A stretch of DNA of 63,986 bases, filler included, from Barthelona sp. PAP020 (GCA_040182905.1; 7 parts of 7 records of this genome joined end to end with filler, not necessarily neighbours in it), one strand, 5' to 3'; counted from the first letter of the whole stretch, positions 38,917 to 49,722 are shown. The notes: generated from the sequence alone by a model not told the origin. Numbers and translations: made by a program.

Positions 38917-40605
38917 CTAATCATCATTGTCATCACTGTTATCACTGTCATCATCTTCTATTTCTTCATCAATATGCTGACGCATATTACCACCATTCCT
39001 TTCATTAATGTCGACCAAATCCCAACATAAGTCGATTGACTTATCAAAATCTCTTTGATTCATGTAGACTCCAGCCTTGACAAATTCTCGGATAATGACA
39101 CTGTCTACCTTTATTTCAACAAGTGTTGATAAAAGATAGCCCTTATCCTTCACCAATTCAATCAACTCAGATTTGGACAAATGCTCAAATTTCAAATCAA
39201 CAGGCTCACCACTCTCCAATTGTTGTTTTAAATTGGGACAGCTCAAAATGCTGTATTTGTTTTTTTTCCATTGTTCATCATTTGTATACAATATATTGAA
39301 AAATAACAGCATATCTTCACCATATAAGTTTATTTCGGGACAATCTAGAAGCATCTTGGCAACATCAAGATGACCTGTATAACAACTGACATATAATGGA
39401 GAAAATCCACCATCCTTACACAAATTAACATCAGCTCCATGATCCAAGAGCATTTTGGCAACATCAAGATGACCTTTATGGCAACTGATGTGCAATGGAG
39501 AAAATCCATCATCCCTACACAAATTAACATCAGCCCCATGATCCAAGAGCATTTTGGCAACATCAAGATGACCATTTTGACAACTGATGTACAATGGAGA
39601 AACACCATTATTCTTACACAAATTAATATCAGCTCCATGATCTAAGAGCATTATGGCAACATCAAAATGACCTTGTTGACAACTGATGTGCAATGGAGAA
39701 GCACCGTCATTCATACTCAAATTAACATCAGCCCCATGATCTAAGAGTATTTTGGCAACATCAAGATGACTATTTTGACAACTGACGTACAATGGAGAAC
39801 TACCATCATTATCACACAAATTACTATCAGCTCCATGATCCAAGAGCATCTTGGCAACATCAAGATGGCCTTTTTGACAACTGATGTACAATGGAGAAAC
39901 ACCATTATTCTTACACAAATTAACATCAGCACCATGATCCAAAAGCATTTTGGCAACATCAAGTTGACCATGATAACAACTCATGTTCAATGGAGAAGTG
40001 CCATTGTTCTTACACAAATTAACATCAGCCCCATGATCCAAGAGCATTTTGGCAACATCAAGATGACCATTTTGACAACTGATGTACAATGGAGAAACAC
40101 TATTATTCCTGCACAAATTAATATCAGCTCCATGATGTAAGAGGATTATGGCAACATCAAGATGTCCTCTTTGACAACCAATAAATAATGGAGAACTACC
40201 ATCAATAGGACACAAATTAATATCAGCCCCATGATCTAAGAGAATTTTGGCAACATCATGATGACCATTTTGACAACAAGCATGCAATGGAGAAAATCCA
40301 TCATTTATACACAAATTAACATTAGCACCAAAATCCAACAAAAAATCAGCAACTTCAATATGCCCATTCAAAGCAGCTCCCCAAAGCGATGTCCTTCCTT
40401 TCTTGCCCTGTTTGTTCACATCAACGCCAGCTTTGATACACTGCTTGACAACATCAAGGTTACCATCACATGTTGCATTGTAAATCTTCTTTGGTCGACC
40501 ATTATCTTCAAATCCATCCACATCGAACCCATCTGGAACAACAACTTGATCCATGTTATACTTAATATAAGGGTCAGTTTCCTCAACTGCAATGTTAACA
40601 ATCAT
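38917..40605 (-). CDS. Ankyrin-repeat protein (about 12 repeats)
   Basis: 33-aa (99-bp) repeats G.SPLY.SCQNGHLDVAKMLLDHGADVNLC; first ATG at 40605. Confidence 0.95.
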   Translation of the reverse strand: MIVNIAVEETDPYIKYNMDQVVVPDGFDVDGFEDNGRPKKIYNATCDGNLDVVKQCIKAGVDVNKQGKKGRTSLWGAALNGHIEVADFLLDFGANVNLCINDGFSPLHACCQNGHHDVAKILLDHGADINLCPIDGSSPLFIGCQRGHLDVAIILLHHGADINLCRNNSVSPLYISCQNGHLDVAKMLLDHGADVNLCKNNGTSPLNMSCYHGQLDVAKMLLDHGADVNLCKNNGVSPLYISCQKGHLDVAKMLLDHGADSNLCDNDGSSPLYVSCQNSHLDVAKILLDHGADVNLSMNDGASPLHISCQQGHFDVAIMLLDHGADINLCKNNGVSPLYISCQNGHLDVAKMLLDHGADVNLCRDDGFSPLHISCHKGHLDVAKMLLDHGADVNLCKDGGFSPLYVSCYTGHLDVAKMLLDCPEINLYGEDMLLFFNILYTNDEQWKKNKYSILSCPNLKQQLESGEPVDLKFEHLSKSELIELVKDKGYLLSTLVEIKVDSVIIREFVKAGVYMNQRDFDKSIDLCWDLVDINERNGGNMRQHIDEEIEDDDSDNSDDNDD

Positions 40606-41367
40606 TGTCGACAAAAGAAATTAAAAACCCCAAATTTATCATTTCTCTTTGTATATTCAATATTTATCCCTCAAATCAGGCATTATTTTAATTTAGTTAT
40701 TGGCAAAATGAAATTCGATAATTGATTTACTGGTTTGTGGAGAACTCTTCACAATATTAATTAATCCTTTCTTGAGATTTGCTTTTTCGAATTGATGCAG
40801 CGAATTGAACTCACGATATTAATTTAAACATTGTGAAAATGTCGCACAATTGTGAAAGTTTGTCATGATAATGTTTGTTCGAATATTTTTTTCCAAAGAT
40901 ATTGTTCCAATTTGTTTTTACAGATTTGTTGATATAGTGATGGTATTGACATATTTCTGCTCACAAAATACACAAATTGAACTTGCAACTGTGCGATGCA
41001 TATCCATTAAATGTTCTTTTTTTCTTAAATCGAAGAAACCTTTTTCACTTCTTCAATGAGCCTCTTATGTTGTTAGTGTGACAACCTTCAATTTAAATAA
41101 ATAAAGGCAACATCATTTATAATTGTTTTTTGTTCTTGTTGTGTTGGACTCCAACAATCGGTATCGTAACAATAAGAAAGGATAAAAGTGGCATGAGACT
41201 TTGGTGTAGTGGGGATACAAACTAATACAGAGAAAGAAGACCAAAGAGTCATTTTGGAAAATTTTGATCAAAACTCAGGGTGTGAGATCCAAACTGAAAT
41301 GCTGTTGTATGTTCTAGGTTGCGTCTTTGAGAAAGAACTTCTTGTCCTTGTTTCCTTTTTGAATTTG

Positions 41368-41504
41368 GCAAAAGCAAAATTATTCAGTTTTAATTTTAAC
41401 TTTTGGAGAATTGAATATTCGATTAGGCTTCGAAAACCTTTAACCAAATAAACACTATTCTTTTTTATTCACTCATACACACAGTGCTTCTTGGCTTGTA
41501 AATA
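41368..41504 (+). mobile_element. Family R1, 3' fragment
   Basis: CGAAAACCTTTAACCAAATAAACACTATTCTTTTTTATTCACTCATACACACAGTGCTTCTTGGCTTGTAAATAA. Confidence 0.8.
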
Positions 41505-41710
41505 ACTACATTTACTTGCGGTTTTTGAAATCCACTTTTTGGAAATCTAAAATAAAATTTCTGTTAAAAAAGTTCTTTTTAGGTAAATGACAAAGACACA
41601 AGAAAATATTTGATCACTTTTTTGAATAATACAATAAATTGAATTCTAACAGAAAGCTAAAATAGAAGTTGAAATTTTTCTTTTCAACATTTAACATTCT
41701 TTTTTCACAC

Positions 41711-43999
41711 ATGTTCACCTTTGAGGAAAACCAAGGGTTATACGAACTAGAACAACGTGCAAAGAAACGTAGAAAAATTGTTGAAGAACCAGACGAAGAT
41801 GCCTTTGACAAATTAGATAATTTTTTGAAATCGAATGACATCAATATACCAGGAAGTGACTTTGAAATAGTAGAAAGTAACTTCAGAATAGGTGGATTTG
41901 GACTATTACATCTTGCCAAAAGACATGGAAAGATTGTCGTTTTGAAAGTATTTGTTGATAAAGTTGAAAAAACTGCTGATGCTGAACTCACCAGAGAATG
42001 CTTTCCTATGGTTTTAAATCACCCTTTTATTCGTCAGGTGTTTGGAGTTACTGAGATTGAGAACAAAAAGGCCATTGTAATGGAGTATTGTGATGCCGAT
42101 TTGGAGGAAATGATACCAGAGTTGTCTTTGAAGGAGAAGTTGGTTATCATGATGCAGGTTTCCACTGCGCTTGAGTTTTGTCATAGGAAAGGCGTTATGC
42201 ATAGGGATCTTAAGCCAAACAATGTGTTGTTGAGACGTGGAGTAGATGGTGTATATACGCCTGCAATCGCAGATTTTGGTCTTGTTCGTGATGCCAGCAG
42301 GAGTTCAGCCAATTCGATGATGGGAGCCACGAGATATGCGGCTCCTGAATTGACCAATGAATCAGAAGCTATTAAGGCAATGCCTGCAGATGTATGGTCA
42401 TTTGGGGTTATGTTGGCTCAGGTCATTTCTGGCTTTATTCCATTTAATGGATTGAATGACATTCAAGTTGTGTTCAAATTGGGCAATGGAAAGCTTCCAT
42501 ACACCAAGGAATTGTTGGATACAATACCTGGGTTTGGAATTATCAAGAGATGTTTGACTGTTGAGGCAGCTGCCAGACCAACATTCAGTGAGATTACTGA
42601 ATATTTGCAGATGCTTATTGAGCGTTTCGAGGGGTTGGGATTCGACGAGAAGAGGTTGGTGAAGAAAGTTGTGACTTTGGAGGAGGAAAACAAGATTTAT
42701 GAGGAAAGGGTTCAGTGTTTGACAAGGAAGGTTGATGAATTCAAAGAGGAAAAAGAAACGTGGTTGTGTAAAGAAAAAGCTTTGAACAATCAAATGAATG
42801 ATTTCAAGATCAGAGAAGAGAAATTGATGAATGAAAACCACGAATTAGTCCATGAAAACGATGAGTTGAAAAAAGAAAATAGAAACTGGATGAATAAAAA
42901 TCAAAAATTAACAAATCAAGTCGGTCATTTGACAAACCAATTGAATAACCTTATGAACAGCATTAGAAAACAACTGGTTCAAAATAGAAAGCAAATTGTT
43001 CCAACTGATTCAACTAACCAAATGAATGATCTTTTGAACAACAATAACAAGGAACCATTCAATGAAAATAGAAAGCAAATTGTTCGAGCAGTCGAACGAT
43101 TTGAAGAAAGGCCTGTGTTTAATGAGGAGTTTCCTGATGAATATATTTATGCCCTGGATTACAGCTCTGATGGACGTTTTTTTGCGGTTGTAGGATATTA
43201 TAGTAAATTAATCAGAGTCTACAACGCTGAAACACATGAAATTGTGCATGAAGGGAAGTATTTGAAGGCTAGGGGTCTCAATTTCAGTCCAAACTCCAAG
43301 CTATTGGCTGTTGGTGGTTGTGGTCCAGCAATTCATATCATTGAGGTTGATACTTGGAGAACAATAAGAGTGATTACTGGTATGGCTGAAGATGTAAAAC
43401 GTGTGTGGTTTTCACCAGATGGCAAATTGCTTTATTTTGGCATGGATAATGGTTACATTGCGATATACATGGTTCAAGGACAGAAGTTGCATGAATCTCG
43501 AGTTCATGAAAAATATGTTGGTTCTGTACGTATCAGCCCCGATATGAAGTACTTTGCTTCTGTCAGCGATGATGAGTGTTCAAAGTTGTTTTCATTTGCG
43601 ACGTATGAAGAGCTTTACACATGGAGTCATGATGGAAAGAAGGTCAACTCAGGCAACTTCTCACCAGATAGTGCTTTTTGGGCGACAGGTGATACCAATG
43701 GTACAGTTAGGATATTTAATGTTGAATCGAGAGAGTTGATGGGAAAGTACAAGATTCATAATAATTGGATATACTCAATCATTTTCTCCCAAGATGGTTT
43801 ATTGATTTATTCTGGTTCTTATGAAGGATCTTTTGCTGTGATTCGAAGAGAAACAGGTCAAGTGTTGCAGAAAGTGAACGTACCTTTTAATATTTATACC
43901 ATGGCCCTCAACCATGATGGAACTCGTTTGTTGTGTAGTGGTAGGAACTATAGTGTTAATAATGTTCCAATCCAAGAATTCGTTGCTTCAGACATGTAA
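41711..43999 (+). CDS. Ser/Thr protein kinase - coiled coil - WD40 propeller protein
   Basis: GGFG, VVLK, HRDLKPNN, DFG, APE, DVWSFG; central heptads; about 7 WD-like repeats (YSSDG, FSPNS, FSPDG, ISPD, FSPDS, FSQDG). Confidence 0.9.
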   Translation: MFTFEENQGLYELEQRAKKRRKIVEEPDEDAFDKLDNFLKSNDINIPGSDFEIVESNFRIGGFGLLHLAKRHGKIVVLKVFVDKVEKTADAELTRECFPMVLNHPFIRQVFGVTEIENKKAIVMEYCDADLEEMIPELSLKEKLVIMMQVSTALEFCHRKGVMHRDLKPNNVLLRRGVDGVYTPAIADFGLVRDASRSSANSMMGATRYAAPELTNESEAIKAMPADVWSFGVMLAQVISGFIPFNGLNDIQVVFKLGNGKLPYTKELLDTIPGFGIIKRCLTVEAAARPTFSEITEYLQMLIERFEGLGFDEKRLVKKVVTLEEENKIYEERVQCLTRKVDEFKEEKETWLCKEKALNNQMNDFKIREEKLMNENHELVHENDELKKENRNWMNKNQKLTNQVGHLTNQLNNLMNSIRKQLVQNRKQIVPTDSTNQMNDLLNNNNKEPFNENRKQIVRAVERFEERPVFNEEFPDEYIYALDYSSDGRFFAVVGYYSKLIRVYNAETHEIVHEGKYLKARGLNFSPNSKLLAVGGCGPAIHIIEVDTWRTIRVITGMAEDVKRVWFSPDGKLLYFGMDNGYIAIYMVQGQKLHESRVHEKYVGSVRISPDMKYFASVSDDECSKLFSFATYEELYTWSHDGKKVNSGNFSPDSAFWATGDTNGTVRIFNVESRELMGKYKIHNNWIYSIIFSQDGLLIYSGSYEGSFAVIRRETGQVLQKVNVPFNIYTMALNHDGTRLLCSGRNYSVNNVPIQEFVASDM

Positions 44000-44809
44000 A
44001 ACTCCACATTGCATTTTGCACTTACATCCCATGATTGCACCTTTCACCTCGCTTCTCAGGTTTTCCAACTTGTAAATTTAAAACATATTTTCATTTCATT
44101 ATTTAATGCATTTTTGTATTTTTCTTCAACCATGCAACTACTCCCATCCCATATAATAACATAAACTACCTATCAATCCAATAAAACCAAAACAATTAAA
44201 CGATTTAAGAAATTCAAGATCCCCAACTTTTATCTTCTTGTTTTTGCCAGGATTTTCCCATTTGGACAAACACCAGTTTATTTGAACCAACTTAGCCGGT
44301 TTCCATCATGAAATCTCAGGTATATCGTGTCTTACCAAACTAATCCCAAAGAATTGATTCAACTGTCCCTTTATCATCAACTTAATGTCTCTTAAAGTGT
44401 AGTGTGGTGTTTTCAATTGAACACAATTGCTTGCCTCACCTGCCAATGATTTTATACCTCAAGTTCACCTCTGTGTTTGCTGTTTTCGTTCTTTCAAGAG
44501 AAGTTTGACTATTTTGGAACAGTAGAGTATTATTTAATCCAGCCTCAAAAACATTAAACCAATTTTTGGTTGAGATGCTACCAATTTAACTATTGGAGAA
44601 AAGAAAAGGCGAAATCTCATTGTTGAATATTTTGGGAAAGCCAAGCGTTGAGAACGAAGTAGACCAGAAAAATTCAATTTTGCCAGGCCAGCATAAATTT
44701 TAGATAATATTTCCATTCTTGTCTGTCATTATTTTGAAGAAGCGAAATTTTGAAGTTTCTTCCTTTCATTTTGGAAAAATACATCGTTAAAACGAACGAT
44801 TTGGACTCA

Positions 44810-44881
44810 AAAGCCTTTAAACAAACAATCACATTCTTTCTTTTTCACTTATATGCACAGTACTTCTTGGCTTGGAAATAA
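44810..44881 (+). mobile_element. Family R1, degenerate 3' fragment
   Basis: AAAGCCTTTAA...TTCACTTATATGCACAGTACTTCTTGGCTTGGAAATAA. Confidence 0.7.
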
Positions 44882-45324
44882 TGTAAGCTTTTGAAGTCAA
44901 GAAGCAAAGTTAATTTATCTATTTTCTGGTAAATAAGCATTCCAATGTGAGTGAATAAGAAAGGATAGAATTTATTTGGTTATCAGTTTTGTAAGTTTCA
45001 AACATTGTCAAAATTTTTAGTTTATATGGTGTTAAATTTGATACATTTGAATTATTCCTTCACAGAAGACTGAACCATTTACTTACCACATTTATCAAAA
45101 TTCACATATTTTCCACAAATAAAAGTATAATTGTTCCTTTTTGACAATAAAATTGAGAAAATGTGCTTTCACATTCTTCCTTTTTCTTTGATTTTTTTTT
45201 TTCAACAAGCTAAATAAGTTATATATTTCTCTTTTTAATCAGTGTTGACTTTTAATTAAAACATGACACATCTCAGAAAGAGACTGCATGAAAAATTCGA
45301 AAAATTATCCACCACATATTTTCT

Positions 45325-46722
45325 TCATTTAAAAATTGTTTTTGAACCAATTTCTTGTATTGACAATTGTAAAGGCTGTTTTTTTGGCATAACCTTTGTT
45401 TCTTTGGATTTCTTTTCCCATTTTAAATTTTGATTTCTTGGAGATAAATAATCATCATCTAAATCCAAATCCAAAGAATCAAATAGATGTGAAGCATCTT
45501 CTATTGCACTGAATGGATCAGAAGAATTAAGATTGAAAAGTGGCGAATCAAAATTTGTTTTTACTGAAAATCCATGTTCTCTACCATCTAAATTATCCGA
45601 TAAATTGGATATAATTGGTGATTTTAGAGAAATTTCATTTGATTCTGCACTTAAATTTTCTTCTTCTATTGAACTTAAAGGAATTTGTTTTGATTTCTTT
45701 TTTTGTTTTTTAATAGTGTCTAAGTCTGAAACTAAACGCTCTACCTCAATTATATATGAATTAATTTCTTCTTCAAGATCTGATTTTGCCTTTTCAATGT
45801 TGTTATCATCAAAAGTTTGCAATAAGTTTGCAAATTTTTCTAATTCTTTTTTTTGTGAAATTATATTGCCTTTTAATTCAGATATTTTGCCCTTTAACTT
45901 AATTATACCATCAGAATATTCTTTGATTTCATCAGAAATCTGATTCTTTGCTAATTCATGATCGTTTGTCAAATAATTTAACTTCTTAGATATTTTATCT
46001 CCTTTTTCCTTTATCATTTTAATATTATTTGCTTTCTTTTCATACAACACAAAAATCTCATCAATTTTTTTTTGTTCAATTTTTAATCTTTCAATTTCAT
46101 TCATTTGCAACCATTTAAGTGCATCTCCAAGAGATAAAAGTAAATTTTCATATTTTGATTTCTTTTCTTTTAAGATTTTCAAAACTTGTTTTTTTTTATC
46201 CAACTCACTAAAATATTTCATATTTTCATTATTTATTGTACTTTTAATCTTCAAAAATTTATCATTTTTTATCTTTTGATTTTTAATAAAATACACTTTC
46301 TTATTTTTATTTTCTTTCAATTCCTTTATTTTAGTCTCCATAATAATAATCTGATCCTTTAAACATTCATTTTCTGCAGTCAATTGCTCATTTACCTTCG
46401 TCATCTTTTGAATAGTCTCATCATTTGTTTCTTTCTCTTTCTTTTTTGAATTTAATAAATTTTTTAATTCTATTCCTCTGTTATTTAATTCATTTAAATC
46501 CATAATGTGTTCATCAGCAACAGCTTTCTTTTGTTTTTGTAAATTTTCGATGATTTTCTGTATTTTTAATTCTTTGATCCTTTGTTCTTTTATTTGATCA
46601 ATTTTTGCGGATATTTCTTCATCACGCGATTTTATCACCTCTAAATTATGTTTAAAAGCTCGATTCAATCTGTTTAATCTTACTTCCAAATGTATTGCAT
46701 CAGGGTTTCTCAAATAATTCAT
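45325..46722 (-). CDS. Lys/Glu-rich coiled-coil protein
   Basis: 465-aa ORF from ATG 46722 with long heptad character; no family recognised. Confidence 0.6.
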   Translation of the reverse strand: MNYLRNPDAIHLEVRLNRLNRAFKHNLEVIKSRDEEISAKIDQIKEQRIKELKIQKIIENLQKQKKAVADEHIMDLNELNNRGIELKNLLNSKKKEKETNDETIQKMTKVNEQLTAENECLKDQIIIMETKIKELKENKNKKVYFIKNQKIKNDKFLKIKSTINNENMKYFSELDKKKQVLKILKEKKSKYENLLLSLGDALKWLQMNEIERLKIEQKKIDEIFVLYEKKANNIKMIKEKGDKISKKLNYLTNDHELAKNQISDEIKEYSDGIIKLKGKISELKGNIISQKKELEKFANLLQTFDDNNIEKAKSDLEEEINSYIIEVERLVSDLDTIKKQKKKSKQIPLSSIEEENLSAESNEISLKSPIISNLSDNLDGREHGFSVKTNFDSPLFNLNSSDPFSAIEDASHLFDSLDLDLDDDYLSPRNQNLKWEKKSKETKVMPKKQPLQLSIQEIGSKTIFK

Positions 46723-46883
46723 GTAGTCATTGAAAACATTTTCGTTCAAAAAAAAAAAAAAGAAAAACAATTCCTTTAAATTGTTCTTTGTGGTCTTTTT
46801 ACAAACAAAACTTGTTTTGTTAAAATTAACAGCATTTTTTTTTCAAAATTCTGGGTTTACCTTAAGAACTGTCATTCCATCGG

Positions 46884-47333
46884 TCAATTTTTCGTGCATT
46901 TCACATTACGGTCACATTGCTTGCAACACGCATATCCCCATAACCCATCTTTCCAGTAAGATCCAAATATCTCGGAATGTTTGCCAGTTTTAGAGTCATT
47001 TAATTGAGATGATCTTCTCACTCTTTCGTTTTGAGCATCAGTATTTCGATTCCAAATAAATATATCATCAGATTGAGAAGTTGTCAGTGAATGAATGTTT
47101 TTATTTGATATTTTTGCGGTCAGTTCATTGAAAGAGGTTAATTTTTTTCCTCTAATGGCAAATAAAGATTCAACTGTTTGATTTATATTGATAAAATCCT
47201 GCTTTCTATTATCTAAACCTTCTAAACCCAAAATATGGGATAATTCATTTTGAAACTCAATATTATTACCTAAATTTGGATCATTTCCCAAATCATCAAT
47301 AAGTTTTTTTAATTTCTCATCACCTCCATTCAT
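46884..47333 (-). CDS. Small protein with SLU7-like C-terminal motif
   Basis: HSEIFGSYWKDGLWGYACC resembles the Slu7 motif H..IWGSYWKEG.WGY.CC. Confidence 0.65.
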   Translation of the reverse strand: MNGGDEKLKKLIDDLGNDPNLGNNIEFQNELSHILGLEGLDNRKQDFININQTVESLFAIRGKKLTSFNELTAKISNKNIHSLTTSQSDDIFIWNRNTDAQNERVRRSSQLNDSKTGKHSEIFGSYWKDGLWGYACCKQCDRNVKCTKN

Positions 47334-47446
47334 GAAAAGAAAAAAAGAAAAATAAAACACATTTTCATTTATTGTCGAGCTGTTTGAGACTCTGTCTTAT
47401 TTGGAAGAGTTTTTCCTCAAGAGTGTCAGTTTCATTCATTGCCTGC

Positions 47447-47546
47447 NNNNNNNNNNNNNNNNNNNNNNNNNNNNNNNNNNNNNNNNNNNNTTAATTAATT
47501 AANNNNNNNNNNNNNNNNNNNNNNNNNNNNNNNNNNNNNNNNNNNN
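47447..47546. other. Artificial contig spacer
   Basis: 100-nt N/TTAATTAATTAA linker. Confidence 0.97.
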
Positions 47547-47722
47547 ACCATCCACGCAAAACGACTCAGTTGCAAGTACCCCCAAACTCTAACCGAGAAC
47601 AATAAAGATCTTTATAAACATTTATTATTATTGTCGTGTGAATTGCCCTTTCGTCTAACATGAATTAAAGCCTTTAATTTTGCCCTTTCGTCTAACATAA
47701 ATTTTCTCGTTTTCACATTTTA

Positions 47723-47734
47723 GAGACTCGATCC
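47723..47734 (-). promoter_or_regulatory. Extragenic B-box-like motif GGATCGAGTCTC downstream of tRNA-Tyr
   Basis: Identical 12-mer at nearly the same offset behind tRNA-Gly; resembles the Pol III B-box GGTTCGANTCC. Confidence 0.55.
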
Positions 47735-47761
47735 CCTGGAGTGTTCTTTTCGAGAAAAAAA

Positions 47762-47848
47762 TCCGGACTACCAGAGTTGAACTGGTGACCCTCTGATGGC
47801 TGTAAAGCCTACTACAGTCAGATGCTCTGCCAACTGAGCTAAGTCCGG
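47762..47848 (-). tRNA. tRNA-Tyr(GTA) with 14-nt intron
   Basis: CCGGACT/AGTCCGG acceptor stem, GCTC/GAGC D stem, TCTGA-CTGTAG[taggctttacagcc]A-TCAGA anticodon arm, ACCAG-TTCAACT-CTGGT T arm; T-run terminator follows. Confidence 0.95.
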
Positions 47849-48134
47849 TTGAACTTTTTTTCAATTTTATACAAGAAACTGTTTGATCAAGCGAAGAAAA
47901 CAATTCTTTCAAGTCCAATCAAGGATTTGATTCTTCCTTGCTTTTTGAAATTAAGAACTTTTACCTGAGAAAAGAATATTTTATTTCTTCTCCCGATTCA
48001 TACATATCATTCAAGTTCTTCTTTTGGTTTGTTTTTTGTATTTAAAAAAGATTCCAATTAATTGGTCTAGTTATGAAACAAAAATATTTACAAAGAAAGT
48101 AATATGGAAGTTCATGCTCAATGAACGGAATTTA

Positions 48135-48455
48135 TTGGTCCAGTTGTGAAACAACTATATTATTTACAAAGAAAGTAAACTCAGAAAACTCATTCTAGCA
48201 AATTTCAGTCAAAATCCCAGGAGGGGAATTGAGGGACTAAAATGTAATTTGAACGATCAAGTAGGAGAATTTCGGAGAAATTCTTCATTCCTATTCTTTT
48301 GTATTTTTGCAAAAACAAAATTTTAAAGTTTAAACTTTACTTTAGAAAATCTAAAGTTTTTCAACAGATCAATCGGGCCTCGAAAACCTTTAACCAAATG
48401 AGCACTATTCTTTTTTGTTTACTCATACGCACAGTGCTTCTTGGCTTGGAAATAA
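48135..48455 (+). mobile_element. Family R1, full copy (preceded by a degenerate R1 start near 48062 and an inverted R2 3' tail at about 48101-48134)
   Basis: Colinear with the other R1 copies. Confidence 0.88.
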
Positions 48456-48900
48456 TTACATTTCAACACAAAATCTTATATTCTCTATTCATACCTGCAG
48501 TGATTTTGACCTGAAAAGAACTAAAAACTGATTAAATTGTAAAAAAAAACCACATAAATTTATGGATAAAAACAAAGAAACTTACTCAAGTAAACTTCAG
48601 TCAAAATACAAGGGGAAATTGAGAGACTACAGTTTATTTTCAACTGTCAAGTCATGAAAAAAATTGGATAAATTCTTAACCGTGTATTCCATACTTATAA
48701 AAGCAGAATCTCTGAGGTTAACAATCATAGTGAAAGAAATTTAAGTTCATAAGCAGTTTGGAAAAAGTTTCTTCAGAAAAAATAATTTCTTTTCCCAAAC
48801 CTTTAAAATTTCGTCCTAAAAAGCGAATTTCATATCTTTCTACCATTACAATCATTGATTTGCATAAAAAATCAAAGTTTCAAAGTTTTTACTTTCTTTT

Positions 48901-49722
48901 CTAGTAAGGGAAAATTTCCCTTAATTGAGTCTTGAAATTAACTCTTACAGATCTTTGAACCGCTCTTTGTAACATTTGAGAACCATATAATTGACAATTG
49001 AAAGAAGAATAAATTAATTGAAAGACACTACCTTTTTTTGGCACGACAATTATCTTATAAAAGTCTTCCAAATCTTGTTCCTGTTTATTTTTGCTGAAAG
49101 GACCATAAATTTTTGCCATTCTGAAAACATTTTGTGTTTCCTGAACAACTATTCCAATATTTCCAACTAAAGTATTATTCTTTGCCAATTCAACTCTAAT
49201 ACGAGATCCATGAAGGTCCAAACCAGTAATTATCTGAGCAAAATCATCAGCATTTGACAATTTTTCAACATCAATATGGACATCATTCAAAACTTGGACT
49301 AGATATGTTTCCCATAACGTATTCATTTGATCCACTAAATTTCTTCTCATCATAGTTGGAAACGTTTTTAAATTCAATTTTTTAATCATTTTTTGAGACA
49401 ATTTAGTCTTTAATCGTTTATTTAATCTATCTTTTAATTCCAAATCTGTTTCTTTGTGTTCATCAAAAGTTTTTCTGTTCTTTACAAAGCTGTCTAAAAA
49501 AATTGCCTTTTTCAAAATTTTTGTATCTAAGACATTTACTTTTTTTTCAACACTGACATTACCAAAATCAATATGGTCATTCAAAAAAGTTTTGATCAGT
49601 TGTTTGTTTGACACTTTTTCCTCACATTCTTTCGTTTCTTTTATTTTGGTCTTCAGCCCATGTTTTTTGCTTTTTTTCTTTTTAATTTTTTCGTTTTCGC
49701 TTGGCAAAAGAGCTGATTTCAT
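48901..49722 (-). CDS. POP4: RNase P/MRP subunit POP4/Rpp29
   Basis: MNTLWETY, LDLHGSRIRV....N.TLVGN.GIVVQETQNVF, VVPKKGSVF, LYG..M..RA..R. Confidence 0.88.
   Translation of the reverse strand: MKSALLPSENEKIKKKKSKKHGLKTKIKETKECEEKVSNKQLIKTFLNDHIDFGNVSVEKKVNVLDTKILKKAIFLDSFVKNRKTFDEHKETDLELKDRLNKRLKTKLSQKMIKKLNLKTFPTMMRRNLVDQMNTLWETYLVQVLNDVHIDVEKLSNADDFAQIITGLDLHGSRIRVELAKNNTLVGNIGIVVQETQNVFRMAKIYGPFSKNKQEQDLEDFYKIIVVPKKGSVFQLIYSSFNCQLYGSQMLQRAVQRSVRVNFKTQLREIFPY

Noticed and set aside
39345..40300. Regularly spaced repeats resembling a CRISPR array, plus alternate-frame ORFs
   Set aside because: 99-bp coding ankyrin repeats without unique spacers; no cas genes; eukaryotic context.
47655..47918. 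87-aa ORF
   Set aside because: It overlaps the tRNA-Tyr gene; the translation is a tRNA read-through artefact.
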